Source: Phallusia mammillata (taxonomy: Eukaryota). From it: a stretch of DNA of 64,000 bases. Made by a program: the position numbers and the translations under genes. Where the stretch lies: contig OZ281496.1 of the NCBI GenBank assembly GCA_965637545.1, forward strand, positions 24,862,001 through 24,926,000. The letters are read 5' to 3'. Every line of letters starts with the position of its first letter. Positions within the stretch are counted from its first letter, which is position 1. Below, one piece after another: positions 11,701-25,304 of this stretch. The notes beneath the pieces were generated by a model. That model was not told the origin of the DNA, made no database searches, and saw nothing but the letters and a program-made list of their open reading frames with translations.

Positions 11701-14700
11701 TTAGGGGAATTTTAACCTCCGTGATGTGTAGTTTTTTATGATATGGTTGGACAATTTTATGTAACCAAATCCGTTACGTGGGTAAATATTCATGTTACGT
11801 TATTCGTTTCAAATTACTAAGTAACGATTTTTTCAACTGAAGTGAGTGTGATTTTGGGTTTAGTTCTTGCTTTATGCCGTTTACGAATTACATAGGTCTT
11901 CAAAACCGTACTTACGTTGGACTGATTTTTCCTCGGAAGTAGTGCTAATTGCTATTGTCGCTGTGTTGGCTATGGCCAGTGAAGCACTGGTTGCGGCAGG
12001 AGCTTGAATGGTCGTTGGTACCATAGTTGTTAGTGGTTCCACAGTGGTTGTTACCAGTTCAGAGCCTGTTGAATGACTGGTTATTGTTTGTGTCGCTTCA
12101 TTCGTCGAAGTTGGTGCAGATATTGAAACTAGTTCAGTGCTTGAAACTGGTTCTGTGTTTGTTGCCGGTTGTGTGTTTGTAGATTGTGCCTTAGTAGTTT
12201 TTGCTTCTTCAGTGAATGTAACTGTTGTGGTATTTGACATCATTTCAGTACCTGTAGATGGTGTGATGGTTGTCACCAGTTCTGTGATTACAAAATGCTT
12301 TAAGTTTGAAAATGAATATTTGTGTCGGAAATGGTCGTTTCTATTTAAATTGTTAAACTATTCAAATACAACGCCGATTTTTTCCTTGTTTCTGCATAAC
12401 TGTTTTATTAAAACAATGATTTAAAGTCAGTTATGATGGTGTATAAAAGCAAAGCAAAGTTGTTTCTACCCCCAAAAGTCAGACGTCACCATCAGTTTGA
12501 TTTTCTACACCGCACGCGTTTTAACAAACAGTTTACTACTGAAAAAGGAAAAAAAATAAACGCTAGTTTACCTGCACCAGCCGTTTGTGCTGTGGCATAC
12601 TCAGTTGTCTTTGTGGTCACTTCTTCGTTTACTTGTGTCGTTGTACCTGCAGTTTGTATTGTGGTTAGGTTAACGGCCTGTATTACCGCATAACATATTG
12701 TGTTAGAATAAAATTATTGAATTATTTTCACCTCAAGGGAATTGTTTTTGTTTAACCATAAATAAAGCAATGTTGGTTGAGGTTTTCTGTTTAATTATAT
12801 ATATTTTATTGTTTTTTGAAGACAACAAACTTTAAACTGGCGGTTTTCCCCCGCTATAAACGTAACATGGATGGACAGAATAGACATATTTCAACTTTAG
12901 TTACATTTTATATTAACCCGTCGGTTTACCAATAGTTGCTGTGTATTTGGTTTGCAAGTTGGTTGATACAGCTCTTTTCTTGTCCGTTCGTGTTATCTGT
13001 AATACGAATCCCCAGACACGCTTTACTAGGATGGCCACGTCGTAAGTGTGTGTATGTGTCCCTATGATCTCAACATCGATGTTGTCTATCGGGTAACTTA
13101 AACAGGCCTCGAACTCCACGTTGACCTGTATTTCTGGGTCAGCTGTGGTGGATATGTTTTGATATCCTTCTAGCACGCTGACTAAAAAAATAGAAAAGTA
13201 CGTTGCCAGTATTCAACAGTATTGATTTTTTCCTGTCGAAAATGTTTACAAATAACAACATTCATTTACAGCTTAGTTAGAAATTGTTCGGCATTCTAAG
13301 TTACTTGTACACTGAAAACTTGTTTCTCGCATTGCTAATTTATTTCCATAAAACATAATTACCAAATTTTAAACAACACACACGATTGCTTACTATTGCT
13401 TCGCCTTTCACACACTAGGCCCTTGCTTTTTCCACAGCCTTCTGTAAACCATTGGCCATTGTTTAGTACGACGCAATTTTTATCAGCAGCAGTGCTGTTC
13501 GATTCCGATTTGCCAAATCGTGACTCGCTTGGCAACAATGGAGTTCCGTCTATCCACGTAAAGTTGCTGAAAGTTTCCGTTAAATCGAAAAGTCCAATCC
13601 AAAGTTCCACGTGAGTATCTGTTGGTGTTGTTTCAGTTATATTTTGAAACATTAGCAGCATGAGCTCAAAACGAATTTTTGACATAATCTGTATTCAGTA
13701 ATTCTTGTAATAGTTGTAATGGCAACATTTTCTTATAAAAGTTGTATCAAAGTTAAATCAACATTGCTCAATTTCGCACCTTTCGTATTAACCAGGTTAT
13801 TTATGAAGTTTGATGTATAGTTGCTTTTCACCATTGCAAGTGTCGCATTGAATCGCTGGCATTCGTTTTGAGCCTCTTCGAACTCGAAGCTTGCCGTCCC
13901 ATGTATGAAGTATTCGGTCGGTCCGCACCCGTACCACTTATCTTCTGCAAAAATACATTTTTTACATTTCCAATACCTTCGGTTTGCGCCTTTCAATTCC
14001 ATGTTATCAGTTTACAAATTTTTAAATCCAGTTAACCTTTGCTACCATTTTTTTTGTTTACGGTACATTTTTATAAAATTTGGTTTGAAAAGTTTCGAAA
14101 TCACATTTAGTGCAATTAGCAGTTGAAACTCTAATGAACCTGTAAATTGTGCTTACCGACATATGGTGCTGAAGTGGTGGTCACCAGTTTATACCTTGCG
14201 GAGGTTGACACTAGCTCAGTGGTTGTTTCTCCCAGGGTTGTTGCTGTTTTAGCGTTTGTTGGTGTTGAGGTGCTTTTCACCAGTTTAGTGGTTGTTTCTG
14301 GTGCCGTGGTTGTCTGAGGTTCAGTGGTTGTTTCCAGTTCAATTGTTGTATCTGGTACCGTTTTCGTGGTCTGTTCAGTGATTGAAACTGATGCTGTGGT
14401 TGTATCTAGTTCAATGGTTGTTGCTGGCACCGTGGTTGGCACTAGTTTATTAGTTGTATCTGGTACTGTTTTCGTCGCCTGTTCATTGCTTGTGGCTGGT
14501 GCGGTGGTTGTTGTTTCAGGAGTTGTATCGGGTAATGTGGTTGTCACAACATCAACGCTTGTCGCTGGTACTATGGTTGTCACTATTTTAGTGGTTGCAT
14601 CTGGTTCTGCGGTTGTCAACAGTCCAACACTTGTCGCTGATGCCATGGTTGTCACCATTTCAGTGGTTGGAACTGGTTCTGCGGTTGTCACTAGTTCAAC

Positions 14701-17700
14701 GCTTGTCACTGGTGCTGTAGTTGTTAATATTTTAGTGGTTATATCTGGTTCTGTGGTTGTCACCAGTCCAACGCTTGTCACTGGTGCTGTAGTTGTTAAT
14801 ATTTCAGTGGTTGTATCGGGAACTGTGGTTGTCACCAGTTCAACGCTTGTCGCTGGTGTTGTGGTTGTAACAAGTTTGGTATTTGCAAACTCCGTGGAAG
14901 TTGGAAACACTCTCGTTGTTTCCGATACCGTCGTTACGTAATCTGTTGTCCTGTCCGCGGTCGTTTCTGCGCAAATGACTTGTATTATAATATTTTTTTT
15001 TCAATAGTGGTACTAGACATTTCTCTAAAACTGTTATGTTTCCTGCAGCTGCTAAATACAGTATTTCCTTCAATTTGCTTTTTAATATTAAAAATGTTTT
15101 TGTAGTATTTCAATTAAAAAAAAATCATGTATGCAACATGTATTTGTGGAAAAATAAAATTTAGTTACCTGCATGTGTCGCTGGTCGTGTTGAGGCACCG
15201 GTGGTTTGTTTTGTGGTTACTTGGGTAGTTTCATGTGGTGTTGTGTCGGTATTTTGTTTTGTCGTTGGTTGCGTAGTTGGTGCTACCATATCACCTGTTT
15301 TAAAATGTAGTATTTTTCTTTATATACACTCAGACGTAAATTTTACGTTTTTTTGTTTTGTTTTGGAAGTCGTAAATCGATTTACTGCCATAAAAAAAAC
15401 ACCACGAGAGAACTGTCTTTATGGAATTATTAAGATTTTTTTATTTTTCGATATGTAATAGTAGTAATTTGATTTTTTAAATGGACTTACTTAGATAGGC
15501 TTTCCATTTAATCTGTAACATTGTGGAGAACCCTGGTTCGTCGTCAGTTCTAGTCAAGTTTAATGCGAATCCCCAAACATGCTTTGCCACAATGTCCAAA
15601 CTATAAGTGTAATTGGTGTCCATTTGAACCTCAACTTGTATGTCGCCAATAGCATAACTTAGACAGGCCTCATACTCCACATTGACTTCTATGGAGCGGT
15701 TAGCACTGCCGGAAATGCGCTGACATCCTTCCAGTACGCTGACTTAATACAGTAGAAAGTTTCGTTAATTGTCTTTTTGTCCAAAACAAATGTGCAACTT
15801 ATACGTTCTTAACCATATGGCTTCAACGATAGTGCAACTGACGCTGTTTTAAATGTCTTTAATTTATTACCTTTGTTATACCCTGAAAACTTGTTTACGT
15901 ATGTATAAATGGTTTATTCTCATTAAAGTTGCTGCTTACTCAATACTTAACGTTTAACATTACTTACTATTGCTCGGCCGTTCACACACCAGGCCTCTGG
16001 TAAACTTGCAGTGTCTTGAAAGCCAACCTTCCGGCTTAAGCAGCAAACATAACTCTTTCGTATCATTATGGAGCCAGTTTCCGAAGAATCGTGACTCGCT
16101 GGGAAGCAGAGGACTTCCGTCTATCCACATAAAACTATTTCCTATTCCAGTTGGGTCTATAAGCCCAATCCACATGCCGCTGGAAACATCTGATGAAGAA
16201 AACGGATAAACTGTATTAATTCAATTTAAGTCTATTACCAGTTTGCCAATTATGTTTTTACGCCAGATTTCTTGATGAATAAGAAACCCGACCTAGTTCC
16301 CATAATTTCTGCTCTTACCTTCAACCACAGTTAGGTTTTTTAAGAATTGTGATGTGTAGCTGCTTTTTATCACTGCAAGGGTTGCATTGAATTTTGCGCA
16401 TTGGTTTCGCGCCTGGTAGAAGTCGAAACCCTTGTGTGTGTATATTAGGTATTCGGTTGGTCCACATCCATACCACTTATCTTCTGCAAAAGAATGCACC
16501 AATTAAACCAACTTGTTGCCGTAACCAAAACTGAAACTAGCTAGGTTATATGGGTTGTGTATATTTTTGACCTCTGCATAAATTGCCTATGTTATAGTAA
16601 ACTGAAGCTTTACACTTACAACCAGGAAGATTCCTGTATAAGCTCAGTTTTATGATTGTCTATGTTGTTTCAAAAGATAATGATTTCGGTAACGTGTTTT
16701 TTTATATATAAAGGATAATCCCATGAACGAAAGCAGTAACAGTTTATGATGGACACACAAAATTCTCGTATGCACAACAGACACTAATGTGAAGTTGTTT
16801 TTAGGACTTTTTTCTCTAAGTGGGATATTTTAGCGACTGAGCAGATTTTGTTGGTAAAACTGTCTGTTACCCTTGCAAGTGTTTGTAAACAATTTTATTC
16901 TAAAACGGACTTTGTTGTAGCTGTTATATAAATCCACCCGGCCTATCAAATGCGACATATCGAAATCAATCACATTTTGTCCGTATGTCTAATGCAGTGG
17001 TTCTCAAACTTTTTTGTTGTCGGGACCAAATGGTAGTTTTTTAAGTGTGTAGGGAGCCGCAAAAAAACGAAACATTGAGAAAATCACTAAACATTATGAC
17101 TTTGAAAGCTAAAATACCAATGTTTGGTGGTTTTCTGAGGTCTGGTGCGAGCCGCAAAATAAGTAGTTTGGAGCCGTATGCGGCCCCGAAATCCGAGTTT
17201 GAGAACCACTGGTGTAATGGCTGATGTCATGAAAGAATATGTGTTCATCTCAGATGGTGTAACTTTTTAACGTTTTGTTAAATCAACTTTTTTGACTTTC
17301 ATGGGATAGGATTTTCAAGTTGTTACAGTTAAGATCACAATTATTTGCCTTTTTGTGTAACAAATGTTAATTAATTCATGTGAAACGTTTTTTTCACGTT
17401 TCCACAAACAATGTCGTTATCAGTATGGATTTTGTACTGAAAACAAGTTGAAATTTTCATCGAAAGTTGAGGCTTTTTGTTCATTAAATGATAAATTGGA
17501 TAGAGATAACCCAATTGGGCTTCTAAATTAGATTACACAATTAGAGTCTTACCAATGGGAGGGTTTGTCGCCAAGGCCATGCTTGTTACTGGTGGTGTAG
17601 TGGTTTCCAGTGATGCGGTGGATGCTACAAGTGAGGTTGTTGCTTTTGCGGTGGTTGCAATTGGCATTGTGCTTATTGCTTGTGCAGTGGTAACCGCTGG

Positions 17701-20700
17701 TGTTGAGAGGGTCGTTAATGCTAGCAGAAAAAAGCTTAAATTGTTTTCAATTTACAAATTACTTACAGATAAAAACTTACAGTTTGATTGGAACTACTAC
17801 AACTGATTGCAAAAAGCTTGTGTGTTATGTTAGTTGCATATAGTATATCGATTACCTACAACTTACTGAATATCCTCTTCCACTTAAGTACCAGTTTTGT
17901 TGGGAAGTCCAATCGGTCGTCAGTGCGCGTTATGTTCAATTCAAAACCCCAAAAATGCGTAGCTACGACTGTTAGGTCGTACGTAAAAGTGTGATCATAA
18001 GAAATTGTCACATTTATGTCGTATGGCATGTTGGTTTGACAGGTCTCAAAAGCCACGTATGTTGTTACTTTTCGGTCGGCTGTAGCTGTTATCCCTGTGC
18101 ATCCACGCAAGACGGTAGCTGCATATAAGAATCAAGAATATCTTGAGGTTTCAAAACAACTAAAATGGCTTACATTCTTGACATAACAACTGCAAAACAA
18201 GCGGTCGTATAATTTTGTTTTAAATTACTCACTGTTGCGTTGTCTTTGGCACACATAACTTTTCAAGTGAGTACATCTGTTTGACTGCCATTGGGCCGTT
18301 TCGAATAAAAATATAACACAGTCTCTTGATGCTCCATTGTTGTTGAGGGGATTTCCACCCTCAAACCGCCATTCGCTGGTTATCAGCGGACTTCCATCAA
18401 CCCACATAAAGTTTTCAGCTGTACCAGTTACATCTTCCAAGCCGATCCAAGCACTGGAGTAACCTTCGGTTAAAAAATGAAAAATATCTTTTACTAATAT
18501 GCGCTTTGGTGTATTACAAAGCCCAATCGACTTCAAGGGGAAGGGGAGTTTTAGTGGGTACTTATGACCCAAAAAATTAACAACATTTTGTTCAAGTTTG
18601 TAATAAAATGTATCTTTTTTGTTAAAAATATTTAGAACTAACTTTTTAGCCAGGTCAAGGAATCATTTATGATACTCAAAATATACAAAACACGGATATT
18701 ACTAAACTGCAAAACTTCTACGAAATAGTTATGAAGACCTTTTACCTAAATGGGTAAAGATGTATTGTATAAACTTTGATGTGTAGTCGTTTCTTATTGT
18801 AGCAAGCGTTCCACCAAATGTCTCGCACTTAAGGCGAGCTTCGTCGTACGACAAGCCTGGTTGATTCTGTACTAGATACTCGGTCAGGCCACATGGGTAC
18901 CACTTTTCCTCTGCGTTAAAATGAAGTAATCTTGTATTTGAAACTGGATTTGTTGTTTCAGAAAACATTTTTTTCATTTCTTTACCTGATATGCGTGGTA
19001 TCATAGAAGTATTGGTTGGCGTTTGAGTTTGGGTTGTTGTGGGTGGTGTAATTATCGCTGGTATTGTTGTTTCTGTTGTTGTTGCTGGTGCAGTCGTTTC
19101 CGCTGGTTTTGTGGTAACCGCTGGTGTACTGATGGCTTCGAATGCTGAGGAAAAGAAAACTGATTAAATGCACAGTTATAAGGGGTGATTCGTGACAATA
19201 TAATAAATCAACCTAGCCTCTACTTGTCGTTTGTGTTTATTTGGATTAGTTATTCTTTGTAAATAAGACTGTACAATGCTACTATTAACTGGTACTTACT
19301 AAACGTTCTTGTCCACTTGATTAGCAAGCTAGTTGGGAAATCCGATCGATGGTCGGTTCGCGTCAGGTTTATTTCGAAACCCCAGTCATACGTAGCTACG
19401 ACCGCCCAATCGTAAGCAAAATTACTGTGGTAGGAAATTGTCACATTAATGCCATACGGGTCGTCACTTGTACAACTCTGAAATTCAACTTCGACTGTTG
19501 TTGTTTGGTCAGCGGTAGTTGTTATGTTTGCACATCCATGCGAAACGCTAGCTGTAGAAAAAAGAGAAAATTTACAAGACGATAGAGTTTAAAAACAAGT
19601 ATAAATGTTCGGTTGTAATTTTTGTAAATTTTATAAATGTTCGGTTGTAAAAAAAAAATTAAGTAATTTTTATTTCACAATATATGCTTTTTCGGGGGCT
19701 TTGTTAGGTTACTTACTTTGAATTTGTCGTTGGCACACAAAACCTCTTGGAAAATCGCATCGTCGTACAAGCCATCCATATTCATTTGAATGCAAAACAC
19801 AGTCTTCCTCCTTTCCGTTAGCATTCGTCGGTTCGTCTCCTTCAAACTTTGACTCGATTGGCAGCAATAGACCACCATCAATCCATTTGAAGTTTTGAGT
19901 GTTACCAGATGCCGATTTTAATCCAATCCAAATATTTTTGTCAAATTCGTCTTTAAATAATAGTACAACGTATTACTTCATGGTTATTACGTTAGGATGC
20001 AGCTTTGGTGATGATTTCAGTAATGAGTACATGTACATTGTTGTTGAACTTTTAGTCATAGAATCATCCAAATGTTTTTCTCTTACTAAGTCAGGATAGT
20101 TGACACTAGAAGAACTATAAGTATGCGGCATGTATAGTTGAAGCTAAAACGTAAGTTATGATAGGAAAAAAACACTTGATTTGCACATTTGTGATGATAT
20201 ATAATTTTACGACTACAGCCGCTGCAATTGCCTATTTGTTGTACCGTTCTAAATGAAGATTAAATGGATTATTATAAAGGTTACGGTTACAGAGCTGATT
20301 CTGGAACACACTAGTTGTGATTTCTTCAAGTTCGATTACGGTTCAAACAAATTCCATTTTGTTTTTGTTTTGAGCTACTCTTGCACTTATGTGCCCTGTG
20401 TAAAGGTTGTGTCTAATTCACTATCTATCAAAAAGTAGACCACCCGGAAAGACCACTGTCGTGAGTTCGAATCCCACTGCAGGCTAGTTTTTTCTAGCTT
20501 ACGCATTGCCACATGGTCATGCTTGGTGGCCGCCTATTTCGGAATAACGCCTAAAATGGGGCTGGAGTACTGTGGTTTGTATATGAGTGTGCCGTGGTCG
20601 CTGGTGTACATATAGATACTTCACGGCTGATCCCAGTTATTAATTTATTTATGTACATCTTAACTGAATTATAAGATGCTGTACAGTACCATCAAGGCCT

Positions 20701-23700
20701 TGGATGTAGTTTATAAATTCGGACGTGTAGTTTTTCTTCAGAATTGCAAGGGTTGCGTTGAATGTCTCGCACTCAACCCGAGCTTCGTTGAAATTAAAGT
20801 TATGCTCATTATGCACCAAATACTCTTGTAAACCGCACTGGTACCACTTATCGTCTGCAATTAAAAGAGTGTATTATTCGATTGAATGTCACTGGTACAA
20901 AAATATTTTTTGTTTATTTTGAACCCCAACAAAAGTTCGATGTTGTTGTTATGACAGAACAAACCAGATATTTACCAACAATTGGTGGTGCAGCCGTCAT
21001 TGCTGGAGTTATGCCTAAAAAATTAAGCTAAGTTTGTTTGCTGTCTATTCTATGTGAAACAAACCTTATTTGCAAAACAATTCTTATCTTTAAAAACGCG
21101 TGAAAATACTGTAGTATCCAGTTTGAAAAAACGAAATTGAGTATTTAGTGTCTTTTTTACCCCAACATAATTATATTCAATGATAAATCATATTTTTTAT
21201 CAAACGTACCTGATATATTTAATCTCTGACAAATAAAGCCTCTCGGATGAAAGCAACCTCTAGAAAGCAATCGGCCATTTTGAGATAATGCTCCACAATT
21301 TTTCGCTTCTTCGTTTGTGTTTAATGGTTCCGGAGATACAAAACCTAGTTCGCTTTCTGATAATGGAGTTCCATCTAACCAGGTGAAGTTGGTTGTCGTT
21401 CCTGTGTTGTCTTGCAAACCGATCCATGGATGTTGAAATCGTTTTGCTGTTGGTTCAAGAGCATTTTGTATCATAAATACCATCAATGCAGCAATGGTTT
21501 TAGACTTTGGATTAGATATTTCGTGAAAGGTTGTTTTGTATTTTGAAAGTTGGATGGTTTGAAGAAAGCCATCACACTGCTTTTATTACAGTTTTGTCAA
21601 AGACTTTTATAATTAACAAACAAACAAACTTTTGGTCAAGTTTAAACCAACGTGTTTAACTGATGTATAGATGCGTAGCTTTTTTCCCCTGCTTTGAACA
21701 TAACATTTGTTGGAACTTTCTGCTAAGTTTTGAAATATTAAACATGTAAGTAATTTTGGTGTGCAATTTCAACAAGCGAAATTTTTGCACTTACTTCTAA
21801 AATCAGATGAAGTAAGAAAATTTGCGGTTTCATTGTTTCGTACGATGGCCAGAGATGCATTGTATGCTTCACACATCTTTCGAGCTTCGTCAAAGGAGTA
21901 GTTCGTGTTTTCATTTATCAAAAACTCGTAGTGACCAAATTGATACCATTTTTCAACTGCAAAAATATTCTACCACTTTATTCCATTCTAACTAATTTAT
22001 TTTATTTTACACAAACAATCTGATTTTATACATTATTATTTTAAAATAATTAGTATATTTTGTTTGTATTGGTTCATTATTCTATTCAAATATGATTGCA
22101 AATTGTAAAAAGTCTGTATTTAACGCAAAAGGTAATAATTCGTAATTTTTCGACATGTTGCAAGCTTATATAAAAGCAGACTTAGTTGTTGTTCAATACT
22201 TACCAAACGGCGGAGGCGGCTGAAAACCTACAACATAAAAATGACATTAATTAAAAGAAAACTAAATAAACTTCATTTTTAAATTTATGATAAAGCAACG
22301 AATGCTCGACACTTAAGTGTTGTGTACAAATTGTTTACAGCGTGCTTTCTTTGCATATGATACTGGCAACGTGGTATAAAAGCATAGAATATTCTGTCAA
22401 ATACCAGTATCGTAACCTTTCAAGCGATAGCGATTGTTGGCCAGTTCCACTCAGGTGTAGGAATAAGAAATAACTCTTACTGTAATACGCCGCCCATTTG
22501 ATCTGCGCATTGGACGGTGTTCCTGAAATGCTGTCCATTCTTATTACTAGTACATCAAATCCCCAATAGTAGATGTTCATTAACAGAGCTTCATATGTGT
22601 AACCGCCTTCAGCGATGACAAACACATCAACTGATTGCGGAGTATCAATGACGCATGTGCGAAAACGCACTGACACTATTGTAGTGTACTCCGTGCTGTT
22701 ATAGTCCTGACAACCACTGATGATATCTTTGGACACAAATGAATGTATTTAGGGCAGTTTTAAATGCAAAAAAAGTGATGCCCTACTTTACATTTTACTA
22801 TAAGCAATTTTTTTTGCTTACTTTGCTTCTTCTTTGGCAGTGTAAAATGTAGTGAATATGCACCGCTGTTATATAGTTGTGTACATGGTAAAAGTTACTG
22901 TTTTGGGCCTTTTTTAATTTGCGAAGTAAGCGATTTTCAGCATTTGATACTGGGATAAAATCATAGCGTTCTTGATTAGTTTGTTTACGCCCAAAATTGG
23001 CACTAATGTATACGAGTCATCGTTCAAATCGAAATAATACAACAATTTGAAATAGTAGAACAAAGGCCAGAGCAAACAAACCTGTCTGGTTCGTAGCCCT
23101 TTCGCAAATAAAACCTCTTCGCTGGAAGCATTGTCTAGAACTTAATTGTCCGCTATGGGACATCAGCACACAATCCACGTATGGATGATCTAAGTTAATT
23201 GGTTCCGGGGGCACAAACTTTGGTTCGCTTTCTTGAAACGAGCTTCCGTCAGGCCAGAAAAATTCGTTTGAATCTTCACCTTGGTTCCGCAGTCCTATCC
23301 ACGCGTTTACAGATGTTTCTGTGTAACATCAGATGTTGCTTGTCACATTGAATTGCAGTAAAACGTAAATTGCAATCTATGTTCATAATATCGTTTAACT
23401 CATCACTTTAAAATATATAACATGATCTCATTTATAAATATGTAAACTTGTTACTTGGTATCTCAAATATATCACAAATGTCTCGAGGACTATTTTGCGG
23501 GAAAAAAATCCTTTACATAATCAAACTAACAATATGCTTAATATGTTACTTGTGATACCTGCCAAAATGCCGAGCGAAGTAAGAAACATCACCGTTTCGT
23601 TTGTTCGTAGGAAAGCCAATGTGCCACCAAAACCTTCACAAACACTCTCAGCTTCTTCATACTTGTGATCATGGCCGGTATGAATTAGGAACTCGTTCCT

Positions 23701-23900
23701 GCCGCATTGATTCCATACTTCCACTGCATTAAAAACATCAGTTACTATAACGTAAGTTGCAGAAAATAAGGCGCATTTTTGCAGTATGGAGAAATTTTTC
23801 TATTCTGTCACAAATTGTTAATGCCAGGTTACATCCATCCCGAATTTCATTGATCTTTGCCCCAAATAGACCTTAACATCCGGGTAAATTTCTCCAAATA

Positions 23901-23937
<37 letters not shown>

Positions 23938-25304
23938 CAAGTGCAACACATAAACGTTTTGCAATTTTACTTACCTATCGGCTTAGGAGTTGCGACGAAA
24001 TCTATATTAAAAAAGACAAAGTTAAAATTAACAACTAAACCACAAACGGTTGATATATATTTTCAAACTGCACTTCTGTATTGGAATTAGTTACACTATT
24101 CGATGTTATCGTGTGTTTACCGATTCTTAAACCAACTACATGACTATATAGTGTTGTTAAATCCCTAATCACAATGCCATCTATGATTTATTTTGTGATG
24201 TGTTTCAGATTGCTACGCTGGTTTCTCCGGTTTTCCGAAAAAGTTATGAAACGTTTGCTTCTCAATGATATGTACAATTTTGGTTGAGAAAAAAAGATGA
24301 AAATCAACTTACCGAATTCCGCTGTCCAGTTTAGAAATATATCTGATTCATTCCACGATGGGTAAGTTTCTTGTTTGTTTTTTGTCTCAACCGATACCGT
24401 AATTCCACATCGGGTACTGCTAAGTAAATTTGCGGTGAGAGAATTTACCCGCATCTCATTGCCGTACAAATTCAAGGTAACGTTAATGGAGTTTTCTCCG
24501 TAACATTTGTCATAAGGAATCCAGAACGTTCGCGGCGAGGTTGTGTGTCCCGCGAAAGGTCCGACTTGTATAGTCCCGCTTAATTCTACAATGTTCTTGT
24601 TTGAAATTTTCGTTTATGATCCTCATGCAAAATGAACATGGCTTACCTTCAGGTAGCTGTGATGTGGTTGAAGCCGTTGTGTAACTGGTGTTGTTGTTTT
24701 TCGAATCTTAGAGAGAAAAAATTTGTTTATTAAATCTTTAACGAACGATTTTGTTGTTAAAGTTTTGTCACATGTGAGAGTCGCAGCGAGTTGCTTTTTT
24801 GCCAAACGACAGTTTTTTCCTGTTAAGATTTATTGTACAATCATTAAATGGAATACTTACCATAATATGCGCTCCAACTGATTGTTGGTCCATCAGCTGA
24901 CCACCAACGGTGTTGAAGTATATCGGTCATCCCGCCATAAACTTCCAGTGTAAACCCACAGTTATCACGACTTACAACTTTGTTTGTAAATGTAATGTTA
25001 TCTGCTAATGTCTCACTTCGTTCCATTCCAATCACAAAACGGTCTGGAGGGTTTTGCAAACAAGGCGATTGGTTGTATTTGACGTAAAACGTTTGAGGGT
25101 GTGTTAAATGTCCAGAAAAGGTTTCGGTTTCAAAACAGCCTCTTGCAACTGAAGCTAAAATAGAAGGAAGGTTATAAACACAGTCGATTTGGGTGGTTTA
25201 ATCCTATAATCAGTCGTATTTTACCAGTTGTACATACCATTTTGAGCTTCAGCCCGCAAGAAACTTGCTTCAAGGAATATCACAATTAATATCGTCCTTA
25301 TCAT
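5705..25304 (-). CDS. Adhesion GPCR 'A', about 47 exons, about 3000 aa: signal peptide, X-X-CTL-X-CTL-CTL-X-CTL-X-CTL-X-mucin-CTL-X, mucin stalk, HormR-like, GAIN/GPS, 7TM
   Basis: Exons (minus strand, GT-AG): SP 25304-25238 (MIRTILIVIFLEASFLRAEAQN); X 25154-24861; 24706-24647; X 24585-24313; 24001-23975; CTL 23723-23559 + 23318-23082; X 22726-22481; (22219-22204?); CTL 21956-21795 + 21446-21210; 21014-20976; CTL 20854-20690 + 19950-19717; X 19551-19300; 19144-18986; CTL 18910-18746 + 18463-18233; X 18118-17867; 17720-17553; CTL 16483-16319 + 16189-15968; X 15742-15491; 15294-15169; 14966-14157; CTL 13944-13780 + 13618-13394; X 13181-12930; mucin 12646-12572, 12281-11916, 11676-11569, 11459-10866, 10796-10746; HormR 10679-10572, 10419-10304; GAIN 10230-10075, 9892-9801, 9671-9554, 9387-8971, 8737-8618, 8225-8088; 7TM 7982-7873, 7662-7455, 7072-6949, 6778-6618, 6535-6365, 5896-5705. 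Family-2 GPCR motifs MCWL, MGLTWVFGF, FNCTQGIFIF. Confidence 0.9.
5998..6340. mobile_element. Truncated hAT-like element remnant in the last intron of A
   Basis: Right end ...GGTATCGTCCCATCACTA (TAGTGATGGG-type terminus) with repeated ggtactcg/ggtatcg subterminal motifs; no matching left end found. Confidence 0.45.
14157..14966 (-). repeat. Mucin exon of receptor A with about 5 tandem 24-aa (72-bp) repeats
   Basis: TSVELVTTTVPDTTTEILTTTAPV / TSVGLVTTTEPDITTKILTTTAPV / TSVELVTTAEPVPTTEMVTTMASA / TSVGLLTTAEPDATTKIVTTIVPA / TSVDVVTTTLPDTTPETTTTAPA. Confidence 0.9.
16995..17211. mobile_element. hAT (Charlie-like) MITE, 217 bp, in an intron of A
   Basis: 16-bp perfect terminal inverted repeat CAGTGGTTCTCAAACT; 8-bp flanks gtctaatg / gtgtaatg (7/8 match). 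Confidence 0.9.
20393..20650 (+). mobile_element. Possible tRNA-derived SINE remnant in an intron of A
   Basis: Pol III B-box-like GAGTTCGAATCCC at 20463-20475 in a GC-richer patch ending in an AT-rich tail; no convincing A box or TSD. Confidence 0.4.
23902..23936 (+). repeat. (ATT)n microsatellite
   Basis: About 11-12 perfect ATT units in an intron of A. Confidence 0.95.

Noticed and set aside
14324-14941. Long Val-rich plus-strand ORFs (also 9137-9394, 11117-11389, 12137-12424, 17555-17806, 59884-60216)
   Set aside because: Antisense shadows of Thr-rich (ACN) mucin exons, not separate membrane proteins.
15040-15056. Possible 9-nt microexon (ttag|CAGCTGCAG)
   Set aside because: No GT donor follows.
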